Source of the DNA: Deltaproteobacteria bacterium
GTDB lineage: Bacteria; Desulfobacterota; Desulfuromonadia; Geobacterales; Pseudopelobacteraceae
Reading direction: 5' to 3'
DNA: 64,000 nt
Assembly (NCBI GenBank): GCA_021779135.1
Contig: JAJYBH010000002.1
Location: 15,423 to 79,422, forward strand
Both the position numbers and the translations under genes were made by a program. Positions 1 to 9,943 of the stretch are shown piece after piece. Numbering within the stretch: the stretch's first letter is position 1; the number at the start of each line of letters is the position of its first letter. Below the pieces are notes generated by a model. The model had not been told where the DNA came from and did no database searches. It saw nothing but the letters and a program-made list of their open reading frames with translations.

Positions 1-250
1 ACAATGGTACCGAGGATGCCACCAGCGTAGCCAGACGACGGGTGAAGAGCGACAGATCGGCGGCGGAGACGCCGCGCTGAAACGAAAAAGAAGTTGCGGC
101 AGTATCTGTCGCACCTTCCTCGTGTGCCTCGCGGGGCAGCAGGCCCTTGCCTTTGAGCTGGGCCAGGGCCTGACGTTCGGAGTCGGCCTCGATGGATCCC
201 GAGACCGTTGCACCGCTGGCGTTGTAGGCCTTATAACGGAACGTCGGCAT
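1..250 (-). CDS. gspF: T2SS inner-membrane platform protein GspF, N-terminal fragment (gene continues past the left edge)
   Basis: Manual reverse translation from ATG at 250 gives MPTFRYKAYNASGATVSGSIEADSERQALAQLKGKGLLPREAH, a typical GspF/PilC N-terminus. It overlaps the gspE stop by 20 nt. Confidence 0.7.
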   Translation of the reverse strand, partial: MPTFRYKAYNASGATVSGSIEADSERQALAQLKGKGLLPREAHEEGATDTAATSFSFQRGVSAADLSLFTRRLATLVASSVPL

Positions 251-1802
251 AGTCGTCCTGGGTCACGCGCAGCACCTCTTCGATGGTGGTGAGGCCGGCC
301 GCCGCCCTGGCCAGGCCATCATCCCGCAGGGTTTTCATGCCGCGTGAAACGGCGTATTCCTTGATCTCCCCGGCATGCGCCCGGCGGATGATCATCGAGC
401 AGAGTTCCTGGTCGATCGGCATGATCTCGTAGATGGCGGTCCGCCCCAGCGTCCCCAGGCCGAAACATGCCTCGCAGCCCCGGCCGCGGTACAAGCGCTC
501 CGGCAGGCTGATGCCGGCGTACTGTTCGACCGGCCTGTACTCTTCGCGGCAGTGCGGGCAGATTACCCGCACCAGACGCTGGGCCAGCACGGCCGACAGC
601 GAGGAGGCGATCATGAAGGGCTCGATGCCCATGTCCACCAGACGCGTCACGGCGGTGGCCGCGTCATTGGTGTGCAGGGTCGAGAGCACCAGATGCCCGG
701 TCAGACTGGCCTGGATGGCGATCTCGGCCGTCTCGGCGTCGCGGATCTCGCCGACCATGATGATGTCCGGGTCCTGGCGCAGGATAGAACGCAGGCCGGC
801 GGCAAAGGTCAGCTCGATCTTGGGGTTGACCTGGATCTGGCCGATGCCCTTGATCTGGTACTCGATCGGGTCCTCGATGGTAATGATGTTCTTTTCGCTG
901 GAATTGACCCGGTTCAATGATGCATACAGCGTGGTGGATTTGCCGCTGCCTGTCGGGCCGGTCACCAGGATGATGCCGCTGGTGCGGGTCAGCATGCGCT
1001 CCATGAGCTGTACGCCCTCTTCACCCAGGCCGATATCTGCCAGGGAGAGAATGCCCTTCTTTTTGTCCAGCAGGCGCAGCACGGCCCGTTCGCCGTAAAA
1101 GGTCGGGATGATCGAGACGCGGATATCCACGTCGCGGCCGGCGACGCGCACGCGGATGCGGCCGTCCTGGGGCAGACGTTTTTCGGCGATGTTCAGGCCG
1201 GCCATGATCTTGACGCGGGAAATCAGGGCTTCCTGGATGATCTTGGGGGGGGAGAGCTTCTCGTAGAGCAGACCGTCGATGCGGAAGCGCACCAGCAGGT
1301 CGCGTTCGTAGGGCTCGATGTGGATGTCGCTGGAGCGCTCCTTGACCGCCTCGGACAGGATCGAGTTGAGCAGGCGGATGACCGGCGCCTCATCACCCAG
1401 GTCCAGCAGGTCCTTGGGGTCGCTGAACTCGGTGGCAATGGTGGAGAGGTCCTCGCCCTCCAGCTCCTGCAGGACTTCGCGGGCCGTTCCGGACATGCCG
1501 GCATAGACGTGGTTGATGGCATCCGTCAGGGCGGCGGCCGGGACGAGCACCGCCTCGACCGGTCTCCCGAAGGTCAGGCGCAGTTCATCCAGGGCCAGCA
1601 GGGCGGCCGGACCGGCGATGGCCACCCGTACGGCGCCGTCATGCTCGACCAGGGGCAGGACCGTATTGGCGCGGGCGAAACTGAGCGGCACCCTGGCCAG
1701 CAGGGTGGCATCCACCTCACCCGTGTTGATGGAGGCTTGACAGGCAATCCCCAATCGGCCGGCAATGGCTTCCAGTTCTTCCGGGAGCGGCATGTCACTC
1801 AT
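231..1802 (-). CDS. gspE: T2SS ATPase GspE
   Basis: 523-aa ORF with Walker A GPTGSGKST, a tetracysteine CPHC...CEAC motif and a T2SSE N-terminal domain. It sits in a gspC-D-E-F run. Confidence 0.9.
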   Translation of the reverse strand: MSDMPLPEELEAIAGRLGIACQASINTGEVDATLLARVPLSFARANTVLPLVEHDGAVRVAIAGPAALLALDELRLTFGRPVEAVLVPAAALTDAINHVYAGMSGTAREVLQELEGEDLSTIATEFSDPKDLLDLGDEAPVIRLLNSILSEAVKERSSDIHIEPYERDLLVRFRIDGLLYEKLSPPKIIQEALISRVKIMAGLNIAEKRLPQDGRIRVRVAGRDVDIRVSIIPTFYGERAVLRLLDKKKGILSLADIGLGEEGVQLMERMLTRTSGIILVTGPTGSGKSTTLYASLNRVNSSEKNIITIEDPIEYQIKGIGQIQVNPKIELTFAAGLRSILRQDPDIIMVGEIRDAETAEIAIQASLTGHLVLSTLHTNDAATAVTRLVDMGIEPFMIASSLSAVLAQRLVRVICPHCREEYRPVEQYAGISLPERLYRGRGCEACFGLGTLGRTAIYEIMPIDQELCSMIIRRAHAGEIKEYAVSRGMKTLRDDGLARAAAGLTTIEEVLRVTQDDYADVPL

Positions 1803-3739
1803 TTCCCCGATATCTCCTTCTGCACATCCATCGGCTTGAGTTCTTTGGAGGACTCGCCGAAGGAGGCCCGCTGCTTATCGGTGATGCTGGCCAAGTCGGA
1901 GTTGTCCTTGATGATATGCGGGATGAGAAGGATCATCAGGTTGGTCTTGGAGCGGGACTTGTTCGTGGTCTTGAAGAGCCATCCCAGGCCGGGGATATCT
2001 CCCAGGAAGGGCACTTTGCTGATCGTCTCGTTCTCCTGATCCTGGATCAGGCCGCCGATCACAACCGTCTCGTTATCCTTGACCACGATGCTGGTCTTGG
2101 CCGAGCGGGTGGTGGTGACCAGGTCGATAGCCTGTCCCTTGCTGGCTTTCACCGCGGATATCTCCTGGTTGATGTCCAGGCGGATGTAGTTTCCCTCGCT
2201 GATCTGGGGCTTGATCTTCAGGTTGATGCCGATATCCTTGCGCTCAACGGCCTGCGTCGTGCCGAAGGTGCTCTGCGTGGTCGATCCCACCAAGGGGACA
2301 TTCTCGCCGACCTTGATCTCGGCCTCCTTGTTGTCGGAGGTCAGGATGTTGGGGGTGGAGAGCACGTTGACCAGACCGTTGGTGTCCAGCGCCTGGAGCA
2401 GCGCCACGGCGGTCACCGGCTTGGGGTTATTGGTCAGTTGATTGCCGATCAGCGACGATATGCCCAATCCGGTGTTGCTCGCGGATGATGATCCGAGAAT
2501 CTGGCCGAAGGCGCCGAAGGGGTCGTACAGGCCGCCACCCTGCAGATACTTGCCGAGTACCCCCGCCGCGACCGCGCCGGTTTGAACACCCAGGTCCCGG
2601 GTCTTATCCAGGGAAACCTCGGCGATCACCACCTGCACAAAGACCTGCTTGCTGCGGCGGTCCAGCTTCTTGATCACCTGGGTCAGATTGTTGTAATCGT
2701 TGAGGGAGGCCATGATCACCAGGGAATTGGAGGCCTTGTCGGGGGTAATGGTGATCTTGCCGCTTTCAAAGGGGGAGGTCTGCGGCGCGGCGGCACCCGG
2801 CTGACCCGTTGCAGTGGCCTGGGCGGAAATGCCCTTGACCACGCCGTCCAGCACCTTGGCCATCTCGGTGGCATCGGTGTTCTCCAGGTAATAGACATTG
2901 ACCTTGCTGCTGGCCTCGGGTGGCTGCACATCCAGTTTTGCGACCAGTTCCCGCACCGACGCCTTGACGTTGTCATTGCCGAAAACCAGCAGGGCGTTCA
3001 GGCGGACGTCCGCCAGCACGGATCCCGTGGTAGCGCTTACGGCGGTCGCCGGCTGGCCGGCCGGCCTGGCGGTTTCGTTGCCGGAGAGCCACTGTTTGAC
3101 GGTTGCGGCGGCGCTTTCGGCCGAGGCGTATTTCAGATAGATGATCTCAAGCCCTTCACGGGAGCGCTCGGTGTCGATGGTCTGCAGGATGGCCTGCAGC
3201 TTACGGATATTGAGGGAGGAGTCCACCATCAGGAGCAGGTTGCCCGGCCCGAAGGCGGAAATGTGGCCATCCTTGGAGATCATCGGCTGCAGAAAGGCCA
3301 GCGCTTCCTGGGCCGAGATGTTTTCCAGCTTGTTGACCTGGGCGATATAGTTCTCGTTGATCGGCGCCTGCTGGCCGGAGGGGAGCAGGGAAAAGCCATC
3401 CTGCTTGGCGCCGGCCGAGGGGACGATCTTGCCCACCTTGCCGGTCTGCACCACCCGGAAACCCTTCAGCTCCAGCACCGAGACGAATACGTTGTAGGCC
3501 TCTTCGTTGGAGAGCTTGGAGGGGGAGAAGACCGAGATCTTCCCCTTGACGCGATCATCCAGGATAAAATTCCTGCCGGTCAGGTCGCTGATGAATTTCA
3601 CCATGGTGGAGATATCCACCTCGTTGAAATTGAGTACGACCCCCTTGCCGGCGGCCAGGGCCGGAGAGGTGAACAGGGCCCCTGTCAGGAGCAGGGTACA
3701 TACTATGCGCAACAGGTATCGTGTCAAGTGTGCCTCCAA
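1799..3739 (-). CDS. gspD: T2SS secretin GspD
   Basis: 646-aa ORF with a signal peptide, N-domains and a C-terminal secretin domain (VPFLGDIPGLGWLFK). Its stop overlaps the gspE start (4 nt, 1799-1802). Confidence 0.85.
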   Translation of the reverse strand: MEAHLTRYLLRIVCTLLLTGALFTSPALAAGKGVVLNFNEVDISTMVKFISDLTGRNFILDDRVKGKISVFSPSKLSNEEAYNVFVSVLELKGFRVVQTGKVGKIVPSAGAKQDGFSLLPSGQQAPINENYIAQVNKLENISAQEALAFLQPMISKDGHISAFGPGNLLLMVDSSLNIRKLQAILQTIDTERSREGLEIIYLKYASAESAAATVKQWLSGNETARPAGQPATAVSATTGSVLADVRLNALLVFGNDNVKASVRELVAKLDVQPPEASSKVNVYYLENTDATEMAKVLDGVVKGISAQATATGQPGAAAPQTSPFESGKITITPDKASNSLVIMASLNDYNNLTQVIKKLDRRSKQVFVQVVIAEVSLDKTRDLGVQTGAVAAGVLGKYLQGGGLYDPFGAFGQILGSSSASNTGLGISSLIGNQLTNNPKPVTAVALLQALDTNGLVNVLSTPNILTSDNKEAEIKVGENVPLVGSTTQSTFGTTQAVERKDIGINLKIKPQISEGNYIRLDINQEISAVKASKGQAIDLVTTTRSAKTSIVVKDNETVVIGGLIQDQENETISKVPFLGDIPGLGWLFKTTNKSRSKTNLMILLIPHIIKDNSDLASITDKQRASFGESSKELKPMDVQKEISGK

Positions 3740-3778
3740 TGTGCCATTCTCCGCTCCCCGAGCGGAGCCGAAAGGATG

Positions 3779-4654
3779 TTACCGTATATCGTAGTTGAAT
3801 GTTACCGGGTGCCCGTCCCGGATCATGTCCAGCTTGAGGCGGTTCTGCCCTTTCAGGGCGATGAACGATTGCAGCGCCTTATCGGGTGAGTCGATCGGAA
3901 AGTCGTTCAGACGCAGCAGCACATCGCCGTTTTTGATGCCGATCATGGCAAAAACGCCGTTGGGCTTGACCTCGGATGCCCGAAAACCCTCCACCTTGCC
4001 GTCCTTCTGGCTGGGGAGCAAGCGGGCATCGGTCATGGCCTGACCGATGTTGTCGAGAGCGGCATTAAGCGCCCGCTGGTCGATGACGTAACTTCCTGCG
4101 CCGGTACTTGTCACGCCCGTCGTTGCCTGCGCCTCGGGCTGCTGCGACGGCGCGCTGCCCGCCGGCGGCGACATGGGGGTCAACAGCTCGACCTTTTTCC
4201 CATTCACCACGATAAAGGCCTTGTCACGGGTCACCTGGACCAGACGACCGGCATCAAAGACCATATCTCCCAGGCGGAAGACCCGTTCCTCCTGCTTGGC
4301 ATTGTTGCGTATCAGGGCAAACGTCTCGCGAAACGACCCGGTGGCGGTTCCCAGCAGCAGCAGCTCGGTCGGCGCCGTGAGCGGAGCGGCCTGAGCCGTT
4401 GCCGGGGTGTTCACAATGGGTGTAAGTTGTCCCTGCGCGGGTTTTCCGAACAATCCGTTGACGAGTATCGGGGAGTAGTAGGCCAGATCCGCCGTTTTCG
4501 GGGGGAGGGGTGGCTGGTTGGCAATGGTCCTGCCTTTTTTGGGAAGCAGGGCCAGGTCAATGTTTCGGGAAAGGCCGTTGGCGACAATATTCGCCAGAAG
4601 TGCTACCGCAACAATCCCCAGGATGATGTTTACAATGCTGATCGATCGTGTCAT
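3779..4654 (-). CDS. gspC: T2SS protein GspC-like (N-terminal TM plus C-terminal PDZ)
   Basis: 291-aa ORF with one N-terminal TM helix and a PDZ-like C-terminus (GFRASEVKPNGVFAMIGIKNGDVLLRLND). It lies directly upstream of gspD. Confidence 0.6.
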   Translation of the reverse strand: MTRSISIVNIILGIVAVALLANIVANGLSRNIDLALLPKKGRTIANQPPLPPKTADLAYYSPILVNGLFGKPAQGQLTPIVNTPATAQAAPLTAPTELLLLGTATGSFRETFALIRNNAKQEERVFRLGDMVFDAGRLVQVTRDKAFIVVNGKKVELLTPMSPPAGSAPSQQPEAQATTGVTSTGAGSYVIDQRALNAALDNIGQAMTDARLLPSQKDGKVEGFRASEVKPNGVFAMIGIKNGDVLLRLNDFPIDSPDKALQSFIALKGQNRLKLDMIRDGHPVTFNYDIR

Positions 4655-4762
4655 GGGACCTTGTGAATTAACGTCGTGAAAAAAACGGATGATTCCCTGC
4701 CGAAGTCCTAAGTTATAACCCGCCCAAAGGTAATTTGCAATCCTGCAGCCGTTTGCGGCCTG

Positions 4763-5293
4763 TCAGCGCTGACGTCCGATGTTTCGCGTGCCGTTTTTCA
4801 GTGCACTACGAAACTCCCAGGGCGGGAGGGGGTTGCTGTCGCGCCACAATCCGGCCCGCCGGGCGCGGGCACGATCCTCGGCCTGCAGGTATTCCGAGGC
4901 GTACGGCCCCTGCAGATACTGGCGATAGGCCCAGGCCATCCCTTCGGCCACCATCTCGCGGTTGATGTCGCGGCCGGCGTAGCGGATGACCGCCACCGCC
5001 CGCTGGTACTGGTCGATATCGACGACCTCGGCGGAGACCCTTTTCCCCATTATCTTGGCCTGGAGCATCCTCCTGGAGGCCTGGCCGAACGGTTGTCCCG
5101 GCTGGTCGGGCTTGGCGGTTTCCGGGGCGTCGATGCCGTACAGACGGGTCTTCAGCCGGCCTGATTCGCGGGTCACCAGCAGGATCGTGTCGCCATCGTA
5201 GACGGCCCGCACGATCCCTTCGATTGTGTGGGCGGCATGACTATCCGCTGCCGCAAGCAGAACCAGGGCGCAGATGGCAAGCAGCAGCCTCAT
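4763..5293 (-). CDS. Secreted thermonuclease (SNase-like) family protein
   Basis: 176-aa ORF with a signal peptide and SNase motifs (VYDGDTI, RLYGIDAPE, REMVAEGMAWAY). Confidence 0.75.
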   Translation of the reverse strand: MRLLLAICALVLLAAADSHAAHTIEGIVRAVYDGDTILLVTRESGRLKTRLYGIDAPETAKPDQPGQPFGQASRRMLQAKIMGKRVSAEVVDIDQYQRAVAVIRYAGRDINREMVAEGMAWAYRQYLQGPYASEYLQAEDRARARRAGLWRDSNPLPPWEFRSALKNGTRNIGRQR

Positions 5294-7668
5294 CAGACCA
5301 GTTCCGTGGCGTAGTTGAACTCCGTTGTGCCGGGAAGCGGCCGCCCGGTCTTGAAGGCCCCGATAATCTCACTCCACGTCTCCCGCGGCGCCTGGCGCAG
5401 GTCGATCAGGAATGACCCGCACCCCTTGCCGCGCAACTCGTTGTGCCGGGCGGTCAGGGAGAGGGGGGTCGCGGCCGTGATGGTCTGCAGGCCGTCCCGG
5501 GTCGTGACACTATACGCCTCTCCCCGGTCCGAGTGAAGAGGAATGTTGCTGTGGACATCCTTGATGCGGATCTTGGTGGTCATGACCGGCAGGGGGGCGT
5601 AGACGATCACCCGCCGTTCGATGTCGATATCCGCGGCCAGCAGTGCCGACAGGTTCGCGGCGTCATCCTCGATGTAGAGCGTGGCGGTTTCGACCCCCAA
5701 CTCCCGCCAGGCGGCCAGGGCCTGCGAGTTCAGTGAAAAGCAGCGATGCCAGGCCGAGATGTGCAGACCGTCCAGTCCGCGCAGCAGGCCAAAATGCGAC
5801 AGATTGGCCGCCTCGAAGTGCCGGAAGCCGGCCCCGTGCAACTGGCGGATCGTATCGCGGTAGAGCGGAATGTCGCGGTCGAAGATCATGAAGGGCAGCT
5901 GCCAGATGATCTGCCTTTCCATGTCGCGCATGCGGGGCACGACGGAAGGGATCTGGTGGATGGCGGCCTTGGAGAGCGGCAGTATGGTGATGTCGGCACC
6001 CTGCTGGAGGGGGAAACGCCAGTCGCGGGGGAGATCCATGACCACGGCCAGGCGCTCTCTGGCGGCGGGGCGGGCGGCGGCGGACTGTATGGACTGCACA
6101 TCGCGGAGCGCACTGCCGCGGGCCGCCGCGGTCCGTTCGCGGGCCACCTTTGTCACGGATTCATCCAGATAACGATAGAACTGGCGGCGCAGCTCCTTGA
6201 AAACAGCCGAAGGAATCATGACAGCGGGGAAATCTGGGGCCTCCAGTGCTTCCAGCCTGAAGGGCGTACCACCGGTCTTGGCAAACTGGCTAGCCAGGAC
6301 ACCCGCCATGTCGCTGCTGCGGGAGGCCTCCAGCTCGCCCAGCGGGTAGCTGAATTCGTGTCGGGAACCGGCCACATCGGCGGTGATCAAGAGTGTGTTG
6401 TTGTCCATCCGTACCTGCAGCCGGCAGGGCTGCTTGCCAGCTCCCTCGATAGACTCCAGTCTGCGCAGGCAGGAGTTCTCGCTGAGGGTGAAGGCCTCCT
6501 TTGACGAGACCTTGTAGATGGAATCGCCCACCTCGAAGCAAAAGGGGGTCTCCACCTCCACCGTGCTGCCGGCCCTGGCCTCCATGGTCTTCCGGCTGTT
6601 GACGTAGATCTCGCGCACCGTCCAGGCCTGGCCGGCCATGTCGGTTTTGGGCTGCGCCCGCAGGCGGTCTCCCACGCAGAGGGGATCGCGGGTGTCGAAG
6701 GTCAGGCGCTTGCCCTTGATGCCCTTGATCTGGCCGACATAGCGTCCGGTGCCCCCCTTCTGCCAGGGGTTGGCGATGTCATCGGGTTGCTGGGAGGCCA
6801 GGAAACCCTTGGTCGGTGTGCGGCCGAAGGAGTATTTCAGGATCTCCTTGGCAGCCGTCAAGGCCTCTTTGCGGCTGCGTTCCGGTGCGTCCAGCACCAG
6901 CCGGTAGGCCTCCACCACGCTGGCCACGTATTCAGCCGACTTCATGCGCCCTTCGATCTTGAGTGATTTCACCCCGGCGCGGACCAGGTCGGGCAGCAGG
7001 TCGATGGCCGAGAGGTCGCTGGTCGAAAAGTAGTGCCCCTGCTTGCCGCGATGGTCGTACAATCGGCGGCAGGGCTGGGCGCAGCGCCCGCGGTTGCCGC
7101 TGTGACCGCCCAGGTAGGAGGAGAAGAAACACTGGCCGGAGATGGAGAAACAGAGCGCCCCATGGACAAAGGTCTCGATCTCCACCGGCGTGGCCGCGGC
7201 GATCGCGGCGATCTCATCAAGGGCCAGCTCGCGTGCCAGAACGGCCCGCTGAAAACCGAGCTCTGCCAGCATCCGGACCCCGGCCGTATTGTGGATCGTC
7301 ATCTGGGTCGAGGCGTGCAGGGGGATGGCGGGGAAGTGGTTGCGGACCAGGCGGGCCACGGCCAGGTCCTGCACGATAACGCCATCTACCCGCATTGCCT
7401 CCAGACTTGCCAGTGTATCCACCAGCTGCGGCAGTTCGTGCTCCTTGACCAGGGTGTTGAGGGTGATATAGATCTTGCGGTCATGGGCGTGGGCATACCC
7501 CAGCATCCGCTCCATCTGGGCCAGGGTGAGGTTTTTGGCGCGGGCCCGGGCGGAGAAATCCCGCAGGCCGGCATAAACCGCGTCGGCCCCTTTTTCCATG
7601 GCGGCAAAGAATGATTCCAGTGAACCGGCCGGGGCCAGGAGTTCGGGTTTGTTCTTTTGTTCGTTCAT
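5293..7668 (-). CDS. Peptidase U32 family protein (long form with C-terminal extension)
   Basis: 791-aa ORF. The N-terminal 300 aa look like the U32 collagenase-like family (ELLAPAGS..., KIEGRMKSAEY). Confidence 0.8.
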   Translation of the reverse strand: MNEQKNKPELLAPAGSLESFFAAMEKGADAVYAGLRDFSARARAKNLTLAQMERMLGYAHAHDRKIYITLNTLVKEHELPQLVDTLASLEAMRVDGVIVQDLAVARLVRNHFPAIPLHASTQMTIHNTAGVRMLAELGFQRAVLARELALDEIAAIAAATPVEIETFVHGALCFSISGQCFFSSYLGGHSGNRGRCAQPCRRLYDHRGKQGHYFSTSDLSAIDLLPDLVRAGVKSLKIEGRMKSAEYVASVVEAYRLVLDAPERSRKEALTAAKEILKYSFGRTPTKGFLASQQPDDIANPWQKGGTGRYVGQIKGIKGKRLTFDTRDPLCVGDRLRAQPKTDMAGQAWTVREIYVNSRKTMEARAGSTVEVETPFCFEVGDSIYKVSSKEAFTLSENSCLRRLESIEGAGKQPCRLQVRMDNNTLLITADVAGSRHEFSYPLGELEASRSSDMAGVLASQFAKTGGTPFRLEALEAPDFPAVMIPSAVFKELRRQFYRYLDESVTKVARERTAAARGSALRDVQSIQSAAARPAARERLAVVMDLPRDWRFPLQQGADITILPLSKAAIHQIPSVVPRMRDMERQIIWQLPFMIFDRDIPLYRDTIRQLHGAGFRHFEAANLSHFGLLRGLDGLHISAWHRCFSLNSQALAAWRELGVETATLYIEDDAANLSALLAADIDIERRVIVYAPLPVMTTKIRIKDVHSNIPLHSDRGEAYSVTTRDGLQTITAATPLSLTARHNELRGKGCGSFLIDLRQAPRETWSEIIGAFKTGRPLPGTTEFNYATELV

Positions 7669-7836
7669 CTCGACTCACATTCCGTTACGACGTACTGATT
7701 AACTCTATCTGCCGGCACAACGAATAGCAAGGGTTTCGCGGCCCATGGGGGCGCTACGAAAATGGCATCCGGGCGCTGTAGTTAACTTGCCGCGGATGCC
7801 AAGGCTTTTTTCGGTATGACAACAGGCTGCGGGGGA

Positions 7837-9402
7837 CTATACGCCCTCGCTTAGCCGCTTCTGCTTGTAGTTGAGGCGGTTGAGGGCGTGGACGTAGGCC
7901 TTGGCCGACGCCTCGATGATGTCGGTGGAAGAGCCCTTGCCGACGACGACGTGGTTACCCTCGGCCACGCGCACGGTCACCTCGCCCATGGCATCGGTAC
8001 CGCCGGTGATCGAGCCGACATTGTACTGCATCAGTTTGGCCTTGGTCTTGGTCAGTTTCTTGATGGCCTTGAGGGTGGCGTCGACCGGACCATCGCCCAG
8101 TTCGGCGGTGCGGACCGGCGTGCCGTCGATCTCCAGCTGCACGGTGGCAGTGGCCACGGCAAACGAACCGCAGGTCACGGTGATGTGTCCCAGTTTGAAC
8201 TTCTCGTCCTCGCGGGATTCATCGGCCACGATCGCATCCAGGTCTTCGTCGAAGACCTCCTTCTTCAGGTCGGCCAGGGTCTTGAAGCGATCGAAGGCCC
8301 GGTTGATCTTTTCGTCATCCAGGTCATAGCCCAGCTCCTCCAGACGTTTCTTGAAGGCGTGCCGGCCGGAGTGCTTGCCCAGCACCAGGGCGCTGGCGGT
8401 CAGTCCCACCGACTCGGGGGTCATGATCTCATAGGTGGATTTGTCCATCAGCATGCCGTGCTGGTGGATACCGGCCTCGTGGGCAAAGGCGTTGGCGCCC
8501 ACCACGGATTTGTTGGGCTGCACCCCGATGCCGGTGATGGTGGAAAGCAGGCGGCTGGAGGGGGTCAGTTGTTCCGTGGCGACGTTGGTGTAGTAGGGCA
8601 GGATGTCGCCGCGGGTCTTGAGGATCATGACGAACTCTTCCAGGGAACAGTTGCCGGCCCGCTCGCCGATGCCGTTGATGGTGCACTCAACCTGGCGCGC
8701 GCCGGCCTGGATGGCGGCGATGGAGTTGGCCACGGACAGCCCCAGGTCGTTGTGGCAGTGCACCGAGATGATGGCCTTGTCGATATTGGGGACGTTGTCC
8801 TTCAGGTACTTGATGATGTTGAAGTACTCGAAGGGGATCGTGTAGCCGACCGTGTCCGGGATATTGACCGTGGTCGCGCCGGCGGCGATGACCGCCTCGA
8901 CCACCTCAGCCAGGAACGGCAGGCGGGTGCGGACGGCATCCTCGCAGGAAAACTCCACATTGGGGGTGTAGGAGGCGGCCCGTTTGACCGCCTTGACCGC
9001 CGAGGCCAGCACCTTGGCCGGTTCCATCTGCAGCTTGTATTTCATATGGATGTCGGAGGTGGCGATAAAGGTGTGGATACGCCCCTTTTCACCGGCGTAT
9101 TTCAGCGCCTCCCAGGCCCGGTCGATGTCCTTTTCGCTGGAGCGGCACAGGCCGGCGATCTGCGGACCCTTGATGGTTTGCGCCACCAGTTTGACCGCCT
9201 CGAAGTCGCCGTCCGAGGCGATCGGAAAGCCGGCCTCGATCACATCCACGTTCAGCTTCTGCAGCTGTTTGGCGATGCGCAGCTTCTCCTCGATGTTCAT
9301 GCTGTTGCCGGGGGCCTGCTCACCATCACGCAGGGTGGTGTCAAAAATCCTGATGATCTGCTTGTCGTCCTGTTTCTGCTTCTTTGCCGGTGTCTTTGCC
9401 AT
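7837..9402 (-). CDS. leuA: 2-isopropylmalate synthase
   Basis: Shows [16 protein letters not shown] and a LeuA C-terminal regulatory domain. I moved the start to ATG 9402 (MAKTPAKK) because 9403-9486 of the track ORF covers leader RNA elements. A Leu-type T-box lies upstream. Confidence 0.85.
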   Translation of the reverse strand: MAKTPAKKQKQDDKQIIRIFDTTLRDGEQAPGNSMNIEEKLRIAKQLQKLNVDVIEAGFPIASDGDFEAVKLVAQTIKGPQIAGLCRSSEKDIDRAWEALKYAGEKGRIHTFIATSDIHMKYKLQMEPAKVLASAVKAVKRAASYTPNVEFSCEDAVRTRLPFLAEVVEAVIAAGATTVNIPDTVGYTIPFEYFNIIKYLKDNVPNIDKAIISVHCHNDLGLSVANSIAAIQAGARQVECTINGIGERAGNCSLEEFVMILKTRGDILPYYTNVATEQLTPSSRLLSTITGIGVQPNKSVVGANAFAHEAGIHQHGMLMDKSTYEIMTPESVGLTASALVLGKHSGRHAFKKRLEELGYDLDDEKINRAFDRFKTLADLKKEVFDEDLDAIVADESREDEKFKLGHITVTCGSFAVATATVQLEIDGTPVRTAELGDGPVDATLKAIKKLTKTKAKLMQYNVGSITGGTDAMGEVTVRVAEGNHVVVGKGSSTDIIEASAKAYVHALNRLNYKQKRLSEGV

Positions 9403-9438
9403 GTCCTTTGCACTCCTTTCGTGCTGTGGTCCTGACCC

Positions 9439-9496
9439 TGATAAACAGGATAAGTGCGTTAACGAAGTTATTTTCTGCCGGAACATAACTTCTAAC
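9439..9496 (-). promoter_or_regulatory. Leader stem-loop motif copy A (GUUAGAAG-helix-CUUCGUUAACGCACUUAUCC)
   Basis: 8-bp helix GAAGUUAU/AUAACUUC (9464-9471 / 9485-9492). The 21-nt flank is identical to the copy at 55095-55115. It lies between the T-box terminator and the leuA RBS. Confidence 0.6.
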
Positions 9497-9499
9497 TTG

Positions 9500-9745
9500 C
9501 TAAAAATAAAAATGCCTCCGCCCCAAACAGGGGCGAAGGCATGAAAGCGTTCGCGGTACCACCCTTTTTACCTGACAGCTTCTGTCAGGCCTTATTGCAC
9601 CCTTGACGCGGGAGAACGGCTCCGGCTACTCTGTTCACCGGAACGGCTCCAAGGCGAGTTCATCATCCGTGCTTACCGGTTCGCACCACCCACCGGCTCT
9701 CTGGAAAGCCCGCAACGACTACTACTCCTCTTCACAGCCTTTAAA
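9500..9745 (-). promoter_or_regulatory. T-box leader (Leu specifier candidate CUC) with intrinsic terminator
   Basis: The minus strand reads ...CAGAGAGCCGGUGGGUGGUGCGAACCGG...GAACUCGCC...AAAAAGGGUGGUACCGCGAA, followed by the terminator GCCUUCGCCCCUGUUUGGGGCGGAGGCAUUUUUAUUUUU (plus 9502-9542). Confidence 0.8.
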
Positions 9746-9943
9746 ATTATTGATCAGTGTAGAAAAAACGTTTGGATAAAGTCAAGCTGTTTTATTTTTT
9801 ACTTAAAAAATTTCAGTTGACCAAACACCTGCTCTTGGACCAGACAACAAAAAGAAGGCTTGTTTCGAGGTTTGAAACCATCTATCCTGTTTTCCGCATT
9901 CATATCAACCGGCAACAACCACCGGACAACGAGGTTATTATTC

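Noticed and set aside
7888-9435. Long antisense or alternative-frame ORFs throughout the track. Examples are 7888-9435(+) opposite leuA, 19823-21652(+) opposite typA, 31068-32672(+) opposite kdpD, 37551-38852(+), 40756-42204(+), 46848-48383(+), 48634-49989(+) and 61474-63051(+).
   Set aside because: Each lies opposite a gene with strong family motifs. Their translations are low-complexity and rich in Arg, Gly, Ala and Pro, as expected for open frames in GC-rich DNA. None has an RBS or a recognisable domain.
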